Shown: positions 9,457 to 20,037 of the stretch, piece by piece
Position numbering within the stretch: position 1 is the first letter of the stretch
How the letters are laid out: every line of letters starts with the position of its first letter
Origin: Methanothrix sp.
GTDB taxonomy: Archaea; Halobacteriota; Methanosarcinia; Methanotrichales; Methanotrichaceae
Direction: 5' to 3'
Assembly (NCBI GenBank): GCA_963682135.1
Contig: OY821645.1
Location: 1,632,001-1,696,000, forward strand
DNA length: 64,000 nt
Notes under the pieces: model-generated
What the model saw: only the letters and a program-made list of their open reading frames with translations
Databases searched by the model: none
Told to the model about the DNA's origin: nothing
Made by a program: the position numbers and the translations under genes

Positions 9457-10683
9457 TCATTCCGCCCGCAGCGCCTCGATGGGATCAAGCCTAGCCGCCC
9501 GGTTGGCCGGATAGACCCCGGCGATGGTGGTGGTGACCACCCCGAAGAGCACGCCGAGCACGATGGACTGGGCGGTTATGGCCGACGGTAGTGATGCCAG
9601 CGATCCGATGAGATAAGACACTGTCACCCCCAGCACAATGCCGATTACACTGGAAACTGCTCCCAGTACGCCTGCTTCCAGAAGGTACTGCATGCGAATA
9701 TCTCTGGTGGTCGCGCCCAGCGCCTTCATGACGCCGATCTCTCTGATCCTCTCTTTTACGGTGAGCATCATTACATTGGCAATGCCAATTCCGCCTACCA
9801 GCAGTGAGATAGCCCCGATGCCTGCCAGGGCGTATTTGATCATTGACAGTACGCTCATGAGCGAAGAGAGCATATCTCGCGCCGTGGTGGCGTCATATGC
9901 TTCATCTTTGTGGTACCTCTTCAGGTCGTTCTTGATCTTTTCAATGATGCTCTCCACCTGCTCCGGATCGTAAACGGTCACTTGGAAGTTGCCGTAGTAG
10001 TAATTGTCCCCACCCTTCAGCTCCTCCATGGCCTTATGAGTGACGTACATAACATCATCCGCATTGCTTCCCGGACCGCCAAAAGATGTCTGTTCCGCCT
10101 TTTGCAGGACACCTACCACCTTGAAGTCCATGTAGCGATCTTCATAGTACAGGCGAATCTTATTTCCCGGCGTGACCTTCATGCGGAATAAGTCATTAGA
10201 TACACCGTATCCGATGACTATCGACTTGTAGTCGGAGCCTGTGAGAAACCTTCCTTGTGACACCTCATCCTTGAGGTCCTCCTCTTTGTCAGGGTCCACT
10301 CCGGTGAGGCTGGCAGAGGAGTTGGTATTTCTAAAGGCTACCACTACATTTGCGGAACTTCGCGGAGCGACGTTTTTCACACCCACCACGTTCTCCAGGA
10401 CCTTGGTGTCTTTATCGGTAAACTTGGCAGGCTCTGCCGGATTTCGGTTGGCATTGTCGCTGCCGGGGCCGCCGAAATGGGCACTTCCCGGCATGACACG
10501 AATCATATCCAGATCGAGGGTAGAGAATTGCGAAGAGACCCCTGAGTAAAGCCCCTCGCCAACCGATAGCATAACCACTATGGCCATGACTCCGATGATT
10601 ATTCCCAGGGAGGACATGAGCGTCTTGAAGCGGTCGGCCTTAAAGCCGACGGCAATAAACTCCAGGATGTCAGGAAGATTCAT
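9457..10683 (-). CDS. ABC transporter permease, MacB/FtsX family
   Basis: LGIIIGV..., GGIGIANVMMLTVKERIREIGVMKALGA, PANRAARLDPIEALRAE. Confidence 0.95.
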   Translation of the reverse strand: MNLPDILEFIAVGFKADRFKTLMSSLGIIIGVMAIVVMLSVGEGLYSGVSSQFSTLDLDMIRVMPGSAHFGGPGSDNANRNPAEPAKFTDKDTKVLENVVGVKNVAPRSSANVVVAFRNTNSSASLTGVDPDKEEDLKDEVSQGRFLTGSDYKSIVIGYGVSNDLFRMKVTPGNKIRLYYEDRYMDFKVVGVLQKAEQTSFGGPGSNADDVMYVTHKAMEELKGGDNYYYGNFQVTVYDPEQVESIIEKIKNDLKRYHKDEAYDATTARDMLSSLMSVLSMIKYALAGIGAISLLVGGIGIANVMMLTVKERIREIGVMKALGATTRDIRMQYLLEAGVLGAVSSVIGIVLGVTVSYLIGSLASLPSAITAQSIVLGVLFGVVTTTIAGVYPANRAARLDPIEALRAE

Positions 10684-10695
10684 CAGTCATCGTCC

Positions 10696-11610
10696 CTAAA
10701 GCGCCCGACTATCTTTTTGAGATTTTCCATTGCTGCAGTTGTTCTTGCCGTTTAGCTTTCGTCTGCGATACAGATAACCGCCGGCGATGAGCACAATTAC
10801 GATCGCGGCGCTGGCAGGCAGAAGGTAGCTACTCTGGCTGTTCGCAGCCTTGGGCGGAGTGTATGTGGTGACATAGGCCTGAGAGTTATGCCAGTTGTCG
10901 CCGTTCTTGAACTTGGCAATAAAGCTCAGGTTTATCGGGCCACTCAGAGTCTTTGTTGCATCTTCCGATGCTATGCCAAAGCTTATGGTGAAGACCTCGT
11001 CCGGGTCCATGGTACCGATGTAATACTCATCCGGCGAGAAGACGATTCCCTTAGCAGAAGGCATAATGGTAACTGCATTGAGGGTGTTTTCTCTGGGATT
11101 GGCCACATTGAGGTTGAAGTTGGATGCATCGGTCTCAGCTCGGGCCATGCTTACTGCGGTCTCATCTACCTTGAGAGGAATCTCCCGATTGATGGTGGTC
11201 ATATCATATCCGCCTGAAACCCGGAAATCGAGGAGATGTGTCCCGCTGCTGATGTTGTCTGCGGCTTTGACCTTGTAGTAGACTGCGATCTTATCGCTGG
11301 GACCGATCATCCCCAGGTCGCTGCGCTCTTCCGTCAGAACCTTCAGCTCCGGTGTGCTCTTCAGAGTAGTTCTGTTGAGGGGCGTGGAGAGCAGCGTGCC
11401 CGTTGCTGAACTTCCTGCGCCGGCGTCTTTGCCGGCTCCGTAGGAGGCGGCTCCGTTGGACATTTCAATGGCCACTATAGCCTCGTCTCCAGGCAGGAGT
11501 ACAGCAGGAGTCATGGTGGCCTTTATGTTCACAGGCATGTGGTACTCATAAGATGATGCCAGGCCTGCAGCAAGCAGGATAAATAATAATATTGAAATTA
11601 TTTTTTTCAT
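10696..11610 (-). CDS. COG1361-type S-layer-domain protein
   Basis: Signal peptide, YYIGTMDPDEVFT motif, C-terminal TM followed by RRRK; lies between ABC ATPase and permease. Confidence 0.8.
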   Translation of the reverse strand: MKKIISILLFILLAAGLASSYEYHMPVNIKATMTPAVLLPGDEAIVAIEMSNGAASYGAGKDAGAGSSATGTLLSTPLNRTTLKSTPELKVLTEERSDLGMIGPSDKIAVYYKVKAADNISSGTHLLDFRVSGGYDMTTINREIPLKVDETAVSMARAETDASNFNLNVANPRENTLNAVTIMPSAKGIVFSPDEYYIGTMDPDEVFTISFGIASEDATKTLSGPINLSFIAKFKNGDNWHNSQAYVTTYTPPKAANSQSSYLLPASAAIVIVLIAGGYLYRRRKLNGKNNCSNGKSQKDSRAL

Positions 11611-12302
11611 GATGCGGTCTCCAGAATGCGTCCGTCTCTAAGCCTGATGACGCGACTGCAGTTCTCAGTGATCTCTGGATTATGGGTGACCATAATTATG
11701 GTTCTGCCCTCTTGGTTCAGATTGCTCAGGATTTTCATGACTTCATTGCTGTTTTTGAGGTCCAGGTTTCCGGTGGGCTCATCGGCAATAATTATCTTGG
11801 GATCATTGGCCAGGGCCCGGGCAATGGCCACCCTCTGCCTCTCTCCTCCGGAGATGTTCTGCGGGCTGAAATTAATGCGATGGGCAATACCTACCGATTC
11901 CAGGAGCCTGAGAGCCCGGTCCTTGCGCTTCTCACGAGAGACACCGCTAAGCATCATGGGGACCTCCACGTTCTTTAGAACGCTGATTCTGCCTATGAGA
12001 TTGAAGGTCTGGAAGATGAATCCCAGCTCCACTCTTCTGATGCGGGCCAACTCATCATCCGATGTCAGGCTGATGTCCTGGCGCTGGAGCAGGAAGCGAC
12101 CGCTTGAGGGGCGGTCCAGACAGCCCACAATGTTCATGAGAGTGGATTTGCCGCTGCCGGATGGCCCCATGAGAGCAATGAACTCACCCTCTTCTATCTG
12201 CAAATTAATGCCCTTGAGAACGGCAAACTCGCTCTCACCGATGCGAAAGATCTTTTGGATGTCTTCCAGCTCGATAACTTTTGAAATGATGGTCACCTTC
12301 AT
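11607..12302 (-). CDS. ABC transporter ATP-binding protein (LolD/MacB type)
   Basis: GPSGSGKST, ISGGERQRVAIARAL, ADEPTGNLD, VTH. Confidence 0.95.
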   Translation of the reverse strand: MKVTIISKVIELEDIQKIFRIGESEFAVLKGINLQIEEGEFIALMGPSGSGKSTLMNIVGCLDRPSSGRFLLQRQDISLTSDDELARIRRVELGFIFQTFNLIGRISVLKNVEVPMMLSGVSREKRKDRALRLLESVGIAHRINFSPQNISGGERQRVAIARALANDPKIIIADEPTGNLDLKNSNEVMKILSNLNQEGRTIIMVTHNPEITENCSRVIRLRDGRILETAS

Positions 12303-12454
12303 AGCTGCAATCTAATTGCTGGCTTCTTGATAATTATAGTGCCGTCGCCAAGCTGATCTATGGCAAGCTTATCTCCCGCATTCAGATCCAGCTTAAATCT
12401 TATATCAAAGGGAAGCAGCACTTTACCGTTGGCATCCATTTTTGTAATTGTCAT
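12299..12454 (-). CDS. AbrB/MazE/SpoVT-family DNA-binding protein (51 aa, below ORF-track cutoff)
   Basis: MTITKMDANGKVLLPFDIRFKLDLNAGDKLAIDQLGDGTIIIKKPAIRLQL*; its stop overlaps the ABC ATPase start (ATGA). Confidence 0.8.
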   Translation of the reverse strand: MTITKMDANGKVLLPFDIRFKLDLNAGDKLAIDQLGDGTIIIKKPAIRLQL

Positions 12455-12485
12455 CACATCAACTTTTTGCTTTTCCTATTTTGTT

Positions 12486-12704
12486 TCAGGAATCTTCTTC
12501 CAGTTTCTTCCAGATCGTCAGACCATGATTGTTCTGTGTCAAGATAAATCCCAGCTCTCTTAGTTCTAATCTGGCTTGCTGAGGACTCAGTCCACAGGCT
12601 TGTGCTACACGCTTTAGTTCTCCTCGATCAAGGATCTGACCCCGTAAACATGGCTTATGTTTTAAGTATTCTCTGATCGCTTTCATGTTTCGATCTCCTA
12701 TCAT
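12486..12704 (-). CDS. Small hypothetical protein, possibly HTH-like
   Basis: 72-aa ORF co-oriented at the head of the ABC operon; ELKRVAQACGLSPQQARLELRELG is helix-turn-helix-like. Confidence 0.55.
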   Translation of the reverse strand: MIGDRNMKAIREYLKHKPCLRGQILDRGELKRVAQACGLSPQQARLELRELGFILTQNNHGLTIWKKLEEDS

Positions 12705-13223
12705 CAGGTCCTTTGCTGTAATGACTGGTCCACCCCTGCATGGAACGATATATAATAACTGAGCCGAACGAACTGCTAATTTCGTGTGGATGTCATATCG
12801 GCAAATTCTTCATTGATTGTTCATTTTTGTAGCAAAAGACCAGAGATGGTTCGAATAGCCATATTGCGGCCTTGGCTCAACAATAAGGACAAACAACTCG
12901 AAAATTATATCTGTATGGCCAAAATAGTCCAATACATTAACGCACGATAAGATCCATTATGCAACAAAATGACTTAAGACGCACTTGCGACAGCGAGAAT
13001 GTGCATTACTCTTAAAACTAAGGCCGTAAAATATCGCAACCTGGTTGCTATTGAGACCATCGGCATCTTACTTTTCATATGAACTGAACTATTTGGGCAT
13101 CATTCGAGGCAAAAGGAACCATCTGCCGAGAAATATCGCTATAAATGCCTTAGTTCGTTCGGTTATAGTTTCTTATAATATAAGTTATCATATTTGATCT
13201 ATATAATTAGTAGGTGGTTCGAA

Positions 13224-13883
13224 ATGAAGATCAAGATATTCATTGCCATGCTCTGCCTAATTAGCACGAATTGGACAATTGCCTTTGCCGCCAGTGAAAC
13301 GATCGAACTGGGGACCGCTCGCATCTCTTTGGAGCTGGAAAGCCTGGGACCTTTCTCAGTAGAAAGGGGCGAAACCACTTCCATGGTTCATAAGAATCCG
13401 GATTTCCAGTACGATATCAATTCTGCTATCATAAATGTTGATGGCTCTCCTCATCAAGTGCAAATCGAGGTCCACCAGATGAGCCTGTCACAGCCGCTTT
13501 TCAGTCCCATCTCAAATGAGGAGAAAGACGGTGGTGCAGGCAAAATTGGCGGCTACTTAAAGGGGCTGATCTCTTATCTTCCAAGTCCAAAATCAGATGA
13601 GATGTCGGCTCGCAGGGAGAACATCAGCGGCCTGGAACACTGCCTGGAGATGTCTAATTTGATCCCCCGAGGAGAAGCCATTCAGACGCAGGCCTATACT
13701 ATCGACAAGCGAGAAGGCCTCATAGCCACTATTGACCGCGACCTGGAGGGGCCGAGATACATTGTGGCCTATAGCCCGGATGCGCAGAATGGATCCGGAA
13801 CCACTGTATGTGTTGTCGGATCTGATTTCCCCAGGAATGATACCGAGAAATTATTTAACTCTGTAGATGTGGAACTCGTTTAG
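13224..13883 (+). CDS. Secreted hypothetical protein
   Basis: SD GGTGG, signal peptide MKIKIFIAMLCLI...AFA; TIDKREG motif shared with 19471-20037. Confidence 0.75.
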   Translation: MKIKIFIAMLCLISTNWTIAFAASETIELGTARISLELESLGPFSVERGETTSMVHKNPDFQYDINSAIINVDGSPHQVQIEVHQMSLSQPLFSPISNEEKDGGAGKIGGYLKGLISYLPSPKSDEMSARRENISGLEHCLEMSNLIPRGEAIQTQAYTIDKREGLIATIDRDLEGPRYIVAYSPDAQNGSGTTVCVVGSDFPRNDTEKLFNSVDVELV

Positions 13884-13910
13884 GACAAGGTGGCTTTTTT
13901 TGCGAATCCA

Positions 13911-15227
13911 TTATAAATTTCCCTCCGATTTTATAATTTTCAGGAATTCCATAACTGAATATGCCGATCGATTGACGCCAGCACTTCTCTTAGTGGTATC
14001 GGTGCCCACACAGTACAGGTTCTTTATGGGAGTTTTTATCTCTCCAAAACCGCAATTTATGCCCCATGATGCTTTTTCAGGTATCAATTCCTGGTAATGT
14101 ATCATATCGATATGCTTTTCGATATCAGGTATGTTATCAACTATCGTTTGAAATGCCTTCTTCTTTATTGTTGATGCATCATAACTGCCTGGCAAGGTAA
14201 ATGCGAAACCTACCAGCTGATTTCCTTTGGGTGCCAGTGTAGGGTCGTAATTTGAGGTCGGGATTACCCAGGCATATGGATCGGAGTCGACCCACATCTC
14301 TGAGCCATAATTGTTGAAGATTTTTTTGGTCAGGCCCAGCCAAATGGAGAGGGAATTGACTCTCTTTATGGACCCTAAATTTTTGGTGTATTCGATGGGC
14401 AGGTTATCAATCAGATTGGGCAGATCGGATGAAAATCCGGAATAAACGACGGTATGGCAGTCAAAGCAGTCTTCCGAGGTCATCACGCTTTCAACTCGCT
14501 CGCCGCATTCTATCTTTTTCACGGCAACATTGGTCTTAATCTCCACATGATCTTTGGGAAATGATTCTACTATAGAGCTTACTATGGATTGCAGACCGCC
14601 TTTGGGGTATCCTTGATCAGTGGCACCTTCCTTTATAAACAGGTCATACAATTTACCCACATAGGGAACCGATCTAGGATTATTGGTCTTATTGTCTACG
14701 AATCGAGAGATAGGCGCATTTTCTATGGATGTTCCAACCATAAAATAGCATAGCCAATCCAGAAATCGTCGCGTCGTTATGGAGACTTTGTTGGGAAGTA
14801 TTTGAGATAGAGTGATATCGGAAAAATCCTTGCCGGCGTTTTTCAGATACATGATATTAAACAGCGCCCTCATCAAGAGCAATCTGTCTGTCATGGGAAG
14901 CAGCCCGAAAGTCAGCCAGGAATTGATGCTCCATGGAAATGGTTTTATTTCGCTACCTATTTTTACATAATATTTTCCTGCCGGCACAAATTGGGGAACT
15001 ATTTTGAAATATCTATCCATCAGTTCCTTGAGCGGGCCGTTTTCCAGCCTAGTTATGATGTGTGGTCCGGTATCGACACGATAGCCTAATACATCATAAG
15101 AGCGGCAGACTCCGCCAATGTAACTCTCTTTCTCTAGAATCATTACCTTTTTGCCCTCTCTAGAAAGCGCCAGAGCTGACAATAAGCCACTGATTCCGGA
15201 ACCAATCACAATGACATCTTTTTTCAT
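13911..15227 (-). CDS. FAD-dependent oxidoreductase, phytoene desaturase/amine oxidase family
   Basis: DVIVIGSGISGL...LEKESYIGG, VDTGPH, GYPKGGLQ, TPIKNLYCVG. Start at ATG 15227. Confidence 0.9.
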   Translation of the reverse strand: MKKDVIVIGSGISGLLSALALSREGKKVMILEKESYIGGVCRSYDVLGYRVDTGPHIITRLENGPLKELMDRYFKIVPQFVPAGKYYVKIGSEIKPFPWSINSWLTFGLLPMTDRLLLMRALFNIMYLKNAGKDFSDITLSQILPNKVSITTRRFLDWLCYFMVGTSIENAPISRFVDNKTNNPRSVPYVGKLYDLFIKEGATDQGYPKGGLQSIVSSIVESFPKDHVEIKTNVAVKKIECGERVESVMTSEDCFDCHTVVYSGFSSDLPNLIDNLPIEYTKNLGSIKRVNSLSIWLGLTKKIFNNYGSEMWVDSDPYAWVIPTSNYDPTLAPKGNQLVGFAFTLPGSYDASTIKKKAFQTIVDNIPDIEKHIDMIHYQELIPEKASWGINCGFGEIKTPIKNLYCVGTDTTKRSAGVNRSAYSVMEFLKIIKSEGNL

Positions 15228-15616
15228 GATTCCCCTAACATATGCCCTCAAGAATCTGTCGTATTCTCTCCATCTTCTAGAAAGCACCCCGCCAAGATAA
15301 TAATAATGCTAGTGACATGGTTATCTCATTTCCTCAATCCATTTCCTAAATTCATTTCCCGAATCATTTCGCGTATTCTTTCGCGAGAATTATTAAGGCT
15401 TTTGGCTTTGCCGGGCCTCATATAAATTTGGCAGATTAGTTGACATGCGATGGAAACACAATACCAAAACACCCACCGGCTAAAAAACCCGGCGCTCGAT
15501 CAGACCGCCCTGGTGGTTGGCAAAAAGAGCCTTTATATCTGATAAGGTGATCCTTAGGGCCTTGTACATTTGGATAACGGATGCGAGCATGCAGATGGTT
15601 AAATGCGTGGGATGAC

Positions 15617-15898
15617 ATGATCACCAGGGAAGACGTAGAACACATCAGCTGGCTTGCCAGCATCAAGGTCGAGGATGAAGAGAAAGATGGATTAGTGGAG
15701 CATTTCAACACCATTCTGGAGTACTTCCACCAGCTGGATGAGGTGGACACAGAGGGAGTAAAGCCCACCTACCGCGTGGTAGATCTGGCTAATATCTTTC
15801 GAGAGGATGCTGCCTATGATTCACTCTCCCAGGAGCAAGCGCTCGATAATGCGCCGCGCACGGAAAATGGCTACTTTAAGAGCCCCAGGATTGTGTAA
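15617..15898 (+). CDS. gatC: Asp-tRNA(Asn)/Glu-tRNA(Gln) amidotransferase subunit C
   Basis: MITREDVEHISWLA...NIFRED...NAPRTENGYFKSPRIV; first gene of the operon. Confidence 0.95.
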   Translation: MITREDVEHISWLASIKVEDEEKDGLVEHFNTILEYFHQLDEVDTEGVKPTYRVVDLANIFREDAAYDSLSQEQALDNAPRTENGYFKSPRIV

Positions 15899-15900
15899 TC

Positions 15901-17322
15901 ATGCTCCCCGAATTAAAGGCCAGGCTCCAAGGCGAATCATGTGAGGAATATCTTTGCCGACTCTTTGAGAAGATCGAGAAGAGTTCGCTCAATGCTTTCA
16001 CCACCTTAGCCAAAGATAGCGCACTGCTGGAGGCAAAGAAGTTCGACAAGAATCCCGGCAAGGGCCTTCTCGCAGGAGTGCCAATCGCCATCAAAGAGTG
16101 CATCTCAACCAAGGGAATTGAGACCAATTGCAGCTCTCGAATATTGCGCGGCTATATCCCGCCTTACGATGCCCATGTTATTGAACGACTCAAGGCGCAG
16201 GGAGCTATCATCATGGGCAAGACCAACATGGACGAGTTTGCCATGGGCACATCCACCGAGACAAGTTGCTTTGGACCGACAAAAAATCCCTGGGATCATA
16301 CCTGTGTTCCAGGCGGATCCAGCGGCGGCAGCGCGGCAGTGGTGGCGGGAGGCGAAGCCCCCTGTGCTTTGGGATCGGATACGGGCGGATCGGTGCGCTG
16401 TCCAGCTTCCTTTTGCGGCATTGTGGGACTCAAGCCCACCTATGGTTTAGTCTCACGCTACGGCCTGGTGGCCTATGCCAACTCCCTGGAGCAGATCGGC
16501 CCGCTCACCCATACGGTAGAGGATACCGCTCTTCTCATGGATGTCATATCCGGGCACGATGAGAGGGATTCCACGTCTGCTCAGGGGCTGAATCGCAGCA
16601 GCTATCTGTCCGGCCTGCAAAGCAGCGTGGCTGGCCTGAAGATCGGCATTCCCAAAGAGTATTTTGGAGAGGGCGTGAACAAGGATGTAGAGAAAGCTGT
16701 CTGGGAGGCGATTCACACTCTGGAGTCTCTGGGCGCCACCTGGCAGGAGGTTAGCCTGCCCCATACCCGCTATGCTCTGGCGGCCTACTACGTCATCGCC
16801 ATGAGCGAGGCTTCGTCCAACTTAGCCCGCTTCGACGGTCTGCGCTATGGCTCCAGGCAGGGCGAGGACAAAGATTGGCATACCACCTTCTCGGCCATTC
16901 GCGCCCAGGGCTTCGGCCCGGAGGTTAAAAGGCGGATAATCTTGGGGACATATGCCCTCTCCGCCGGCTACTACGGACGATACTATCTCAAAGCTCTCCA
17001 GGTGAGGACGCTGATCAAGGAGGACTTCTTGCATGCTTTCAAGGATGTAGATATTCTGGCCAGTCCGACCATGCCTATTCCTGCCTTCAAGATCGGAGAG
17101 CGCATCAATGATCCGCTGTCGCTTTACATGGCAGATGTCTTCACCGTGCCCATCAATCTGGCAGGCGTGCCGGCCATATCCGTTCCCTGCGGTTTATCAG
17201 GAAAGCTGCCCATCGGCTTGCAGCTTATGGGGCCGCACTTCGGTGAGGCGGCGGTGCTGCGGGCCGCGGCTGCCTTTGAGGCGGCCACGCCCTTCCATGA
17301 GGCAAAACCGGAGGTGATCTAG
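15901..17322 (+). CDS. gatA: Amidotransferase subunit A
   Basis: [59 protein letters not shown]. Confidence 0.97.
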   Translation: MLPELKARLQGESCEEYLCRLFEKIEKSSLNAFTTLAKDSALLEAKKFDKNPGKGLLAGVPIAIKECISTKGIETNCSSRILRGYIPPYDAHVIERLKAQGAIIMGKTNMDEFAMGTSTETSCFGPTKNPWDHTCVPGGSSGGSAAVVAGGEAPCALGSDTGGSVRCPASFCGIVGLKPTYGLVSRYGLVAYANSLEQIGPLTHTVEDTALLMDVISGHDERDSTSAQGLNRSSYLSGLQSSVAGLKIGIPKEYFGEGVNKDVEKAVWEAIHTLESLGATWQEVSLPHTRYALAAYYVIAMSEASSNLARFDGLRYGSRQGEDKDWHTTFSAIRAQGFGPEVKRRIILGTYALSAGYYGRYYLKALQVRTLIKEDFLHAFKDVDILASPTMPIPAFKIGERINDPLSLYMADVFTVPINLAGVPAISVPCGLSGKLPIGLQLMGPHFGEAAVLRAAAAFEAATPFHEAKPEVI

Positions 17323-18738
17323 ATGGATGATGTCATCATAGGGCTTGAGATTCATGTCCAGCTCAACAGGTTGAAGTCCAAGATGTTCTGCGGCTGCTCG
17401 ACTGCTTACCATAACTCCCCGCCCAACAGCCACACATGTCCGGTATGTCTGGGACTGCCAGGCTCCCTGCCCGTGATCAACCGCAAAGCTGTGGAGTACG
17501 GCATCAAGGTGGGACTGGCGCTTAACTGCAAGATCGAAGAGGAGACGTTCTTTTACCGCAAGAACTACTACTACCCCGATCTGCCCAAGGGATTTCAGAT
17601 CAGCCAGTACGACTTTCCACTGGCCACAAACGGTCGCATCATGATTTTAGGTGACGACGGAGCGGAGAGAAATATCCGCATCAACCGAGCGCACATGGAG
17701 GAGGATCCAGGTCGGCTGGTACATGCCGGAACCATTGACAAGGCCAAGTACACCATGGTGGACTACAACCGCTGCGGCATGCCCTTGCTGGAAGTGGTGA
17801 CCGAGCCGGACCTCTGCTCACCCAAGGAGGCGCGCGCTTTTCTGGACAAGCTGAAGAGCATTCTCGAGTATCTGGATGTCTTCGATGGCTCACTGGAAGG
17901 GTCCATGCGCGTGGATGCCAACATCTCCTTGAAGGGCGGAGACCGCTCCGAGGTCAAGAATATCTCCGGCTTCAAGGGTGTGGAGAAGGCTCTCTCCTAC
18001 GAGATCACCCGGCAGAAGAATCTGCAGAGAAGGAACATCAAGGTGGTTCAGGAGACGCGCCACTTCGATGAGATCAGAAACGTCACCGTATCCATCAGAA
18101 GCAAGGTGGGAGCGCACGATTACCGCTACTTCCCAGAGGCAGATCTAGCGGTCCTGCGCATCGCCTCCTGGGTGCCGGCGATTAGAGCCACGCTGCCGGA
18201 GTTGCCCGACGTCAAGCGGGAGAGGTTTGTGGCGCAGTACGGCCTGGCGGATGATCATGCCAAATCCCTCACCTCGGAGATCAAGCTGGCCAACTTCTAC
18301 GAAGCCGTTGCCGCGCGAGCCTCGCCCAAGCTGGCTGCCGTCTGGATCGCAGATGTGCTCAAGGGCGAGCTGAACTACCGGGACCTGACCATTGAAAGCT
18401 TCCAGGAAGATCATATGGCAGAGATTGTGCAGATGCTGGAGAAGAGCACGATCACTGAGGACGGAGCGGTGCAGATTATACGCGCTCTGCTGGACAAGAA
18501 GAACGGATCGCCTCAGGAGATCGTCAAAGCTTTGGGTCTTGGCAAAGCGGAGGATGATGCCGTGCAAAAAGCCGTTCGAGAGGCTGTGGCGGAGAGCGCG
18601 GCGGCTGTGGCAGACTACCGGGCGGGCAGCGAGAGAGCCCTGAACTTCATTGTGGGCCTCGTCATGAAGAAGACGCGCGGCAAGGCCGATGCCGGCGAGG
18701 TGCACATGCTGGTGAAGGCTGAGGTGGAGAAGGCCTGA
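17323..18738 (+). CDS. gatB: Amidotransferase subunit B
   Basis: IGLEIHVQL, RKNYYYPDLPKGFQISQ, HMEEDPG, DYRYFPE. Confidence 0.97.
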   Translation: MDDVIIGLEIHVQLNRLKSKMFCGCSTAYHNSPPNSHTCPVCLGLPGSLPVINRKAVEYGIKVGLALNCKIEEETFFYRKNYYYPDLPKGFQISQYDFPLATNGRIMILGDDGAERNIRINRAHMEEDPGRLVHAGTIDKAKYTMVDYNRCGMPLLEVVTEPDLCSPKEARAFLDKLKSILEYLDVFDGSLEGSMRVDANISLKGGDRSEVKNISGFKGVEKALSYEITRQKNLQRRNIKVVQETRHFDEIRNVTVSIRSKVGAHDYRYFPEADLAVLRIASWVPAIRATLPELPDVKRERFVAQYGLADDHAKSLTSEIKLANFYEAVAARASPKLAAVWIADVLKGELNYRDLTIESFQEDHMAEIVQMLEKSTITEDGAVQIIRALLDKKNGSPQEIVKALGLGKAEDDAVQKAVREAVAESAAAVADYRAGSERALNFIVGLVMKKTRGKADAGEVHMLVKAEVEKA

Positions 18739-18825
18739 ACGGCTTTTCTATCCAGGGTGAGGGGAGCGTTTCGCGATTGATGGCTCTGGTCACGACGAAA
18801 TGCTCTCATTCTTTCGTGATCGAAT

Positions 18826-19363
18826 TCAATCTGCTACCTGCCAACGTCCGCCTTTATCCGGACCGATGCGTTGGACGCGACATTGCGCTTTCATTTTTCT
18901 TATTTGCTTCTTGATCGCCCACTCAGTAATGCCTATGCACAGGGCAAGGTCTGCGATGGTGATTGTAGGATCATTCTGCATGAGTTCGATGATTTTCTGG
19001 GTACTTTTCTGGGTACTTTTCTGGGAAGTTTTTTCCGCCAGCCTCGTATCATCAAGCTCTTTGCGGTGAACGGTGGCGATGAACATGGATCCTTCCCGGT
19101 CATCTGTGAAACTGATGTCCGGCCAGCCCTCCAGAGCGCGTTTGATTCCTGATCCCAATCCCTTGTAAGGCAGCAGCCCTTTGGCCGCATAGGACACGAG
19201 AATTGGATTTCGGATATTCGAAATGCCGGAGCGGATTTTTTCCACAGTCAGATTGTTGGGCAGATGTCCGGGACTGATGATCTCAATTCAGTCCTCGAAA
19301 ATGAATAGACGAATCGTGGCGTTCACGAGATAGTCCCGGTGAATCAGAGCGTTGACCAACAGT
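18826..19363 (-). pseudogene. 5'-truncated HATPase_c_4/HTH ATP-binding protein remnant
   Basis: LLVNALIHRDY...FIFED*IEIISPGHLPNNLTVEKI (stop at 19288-19290), GLGSGI, C-terminal HTH and RIGPDKGGRW; N-terminal domains missing. Confidence 0.8.
18993..19030. repeat. 12-bp tandem repeat encoding QKST/QKTS linker
   Basis: ttttctgggtac ttttctgggtac ttttctgggaag. Confidence 0.7.
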
Positions 19364-19470
19364 TGATGTCGGCGAGGTACACCGACGAGTATAGTCCGAG
19401 GTGGAAAAAGTTTAAGGGCGCCTTTTCTTAAAAGATTACGCCCATCCCGACGGGCCGCATAGCCACAATT

Positions 19471-20037
19471 TTAGTCAGCCTTGGTGATCTTCAAGCTGTC
19501 CAGGAGGCTCCTGGCAATGGCATCATCCCATTCAGAGATCCAGGGACCGACAACTCTGACCTGGGTTTTGCCCACGTAGACCGGACCACATTCGCATTTC
19601 TCGCTGTCCAGCCAGTAGACATACTCGAAGGAGGTCTCATTCTCGATCTTCTTAAGGTTCTCATCGTAGATGGGCAGTCCAAAGCCGATTACCCCTTCCC
19701 TTCCATCGATGGTGCCTATCTCCACGGATGCATCAGGGTCATCTGTGACTTTGCTCGCCAGCACATTTTTTAGGGATTTGAGTGTGGCATCGTCCACATC
19801 ATTGAGCTCCGATATGTAGATTCCCAGGGTGCTCTTACCGGCAAAGTCGATCATCACCGTGTAGCCTGTGCTTGTATTGGTCTGGGCCGGGCCGAGAGCC
19901 TCTACCGTGTGATTTTCAGTGGTATTGAGATCAAATGATACATCGAATGGTCCCGCAGATATCTTCTCTGTGGCGGCGGATGCCACAGATGCTGCGACCA
20001 GGAACAGTATCATTCCTAAAACTGCGTACAACTTCAT
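19471..20037 (-). CDS. Secreted hypothetical protein
   Basis: Signal peptide MKLYAVLGMILFLVAASVASA; GPFDVSFDLNTT, TIDGREG, YWLDS..CECGPV motifs. Confidence 0.8.
   Translation of the reverse strand: MKLYAVLGMILFLVAASVASAATEKISAGPFDVSFDLNTTENHTVEALGPAQTNTSTGYTVMIDFAGKSTLGIYISELNDVDDATLKSLKNVLASKVTDDPDASVEIGTIDGREGVIGFGLPIYDENLKKIENETSFEYVYWLDSEKCECGPVYVGKTQVRVVGPWISEWDDAIARSLLDSLKITKAD

Noticed and set aside
18993-19030. 12-bp tandem repeat as a contingency locus
   Set aside because: An in-frame QKST linker of a kind common in this protein family, within a pseudogene.
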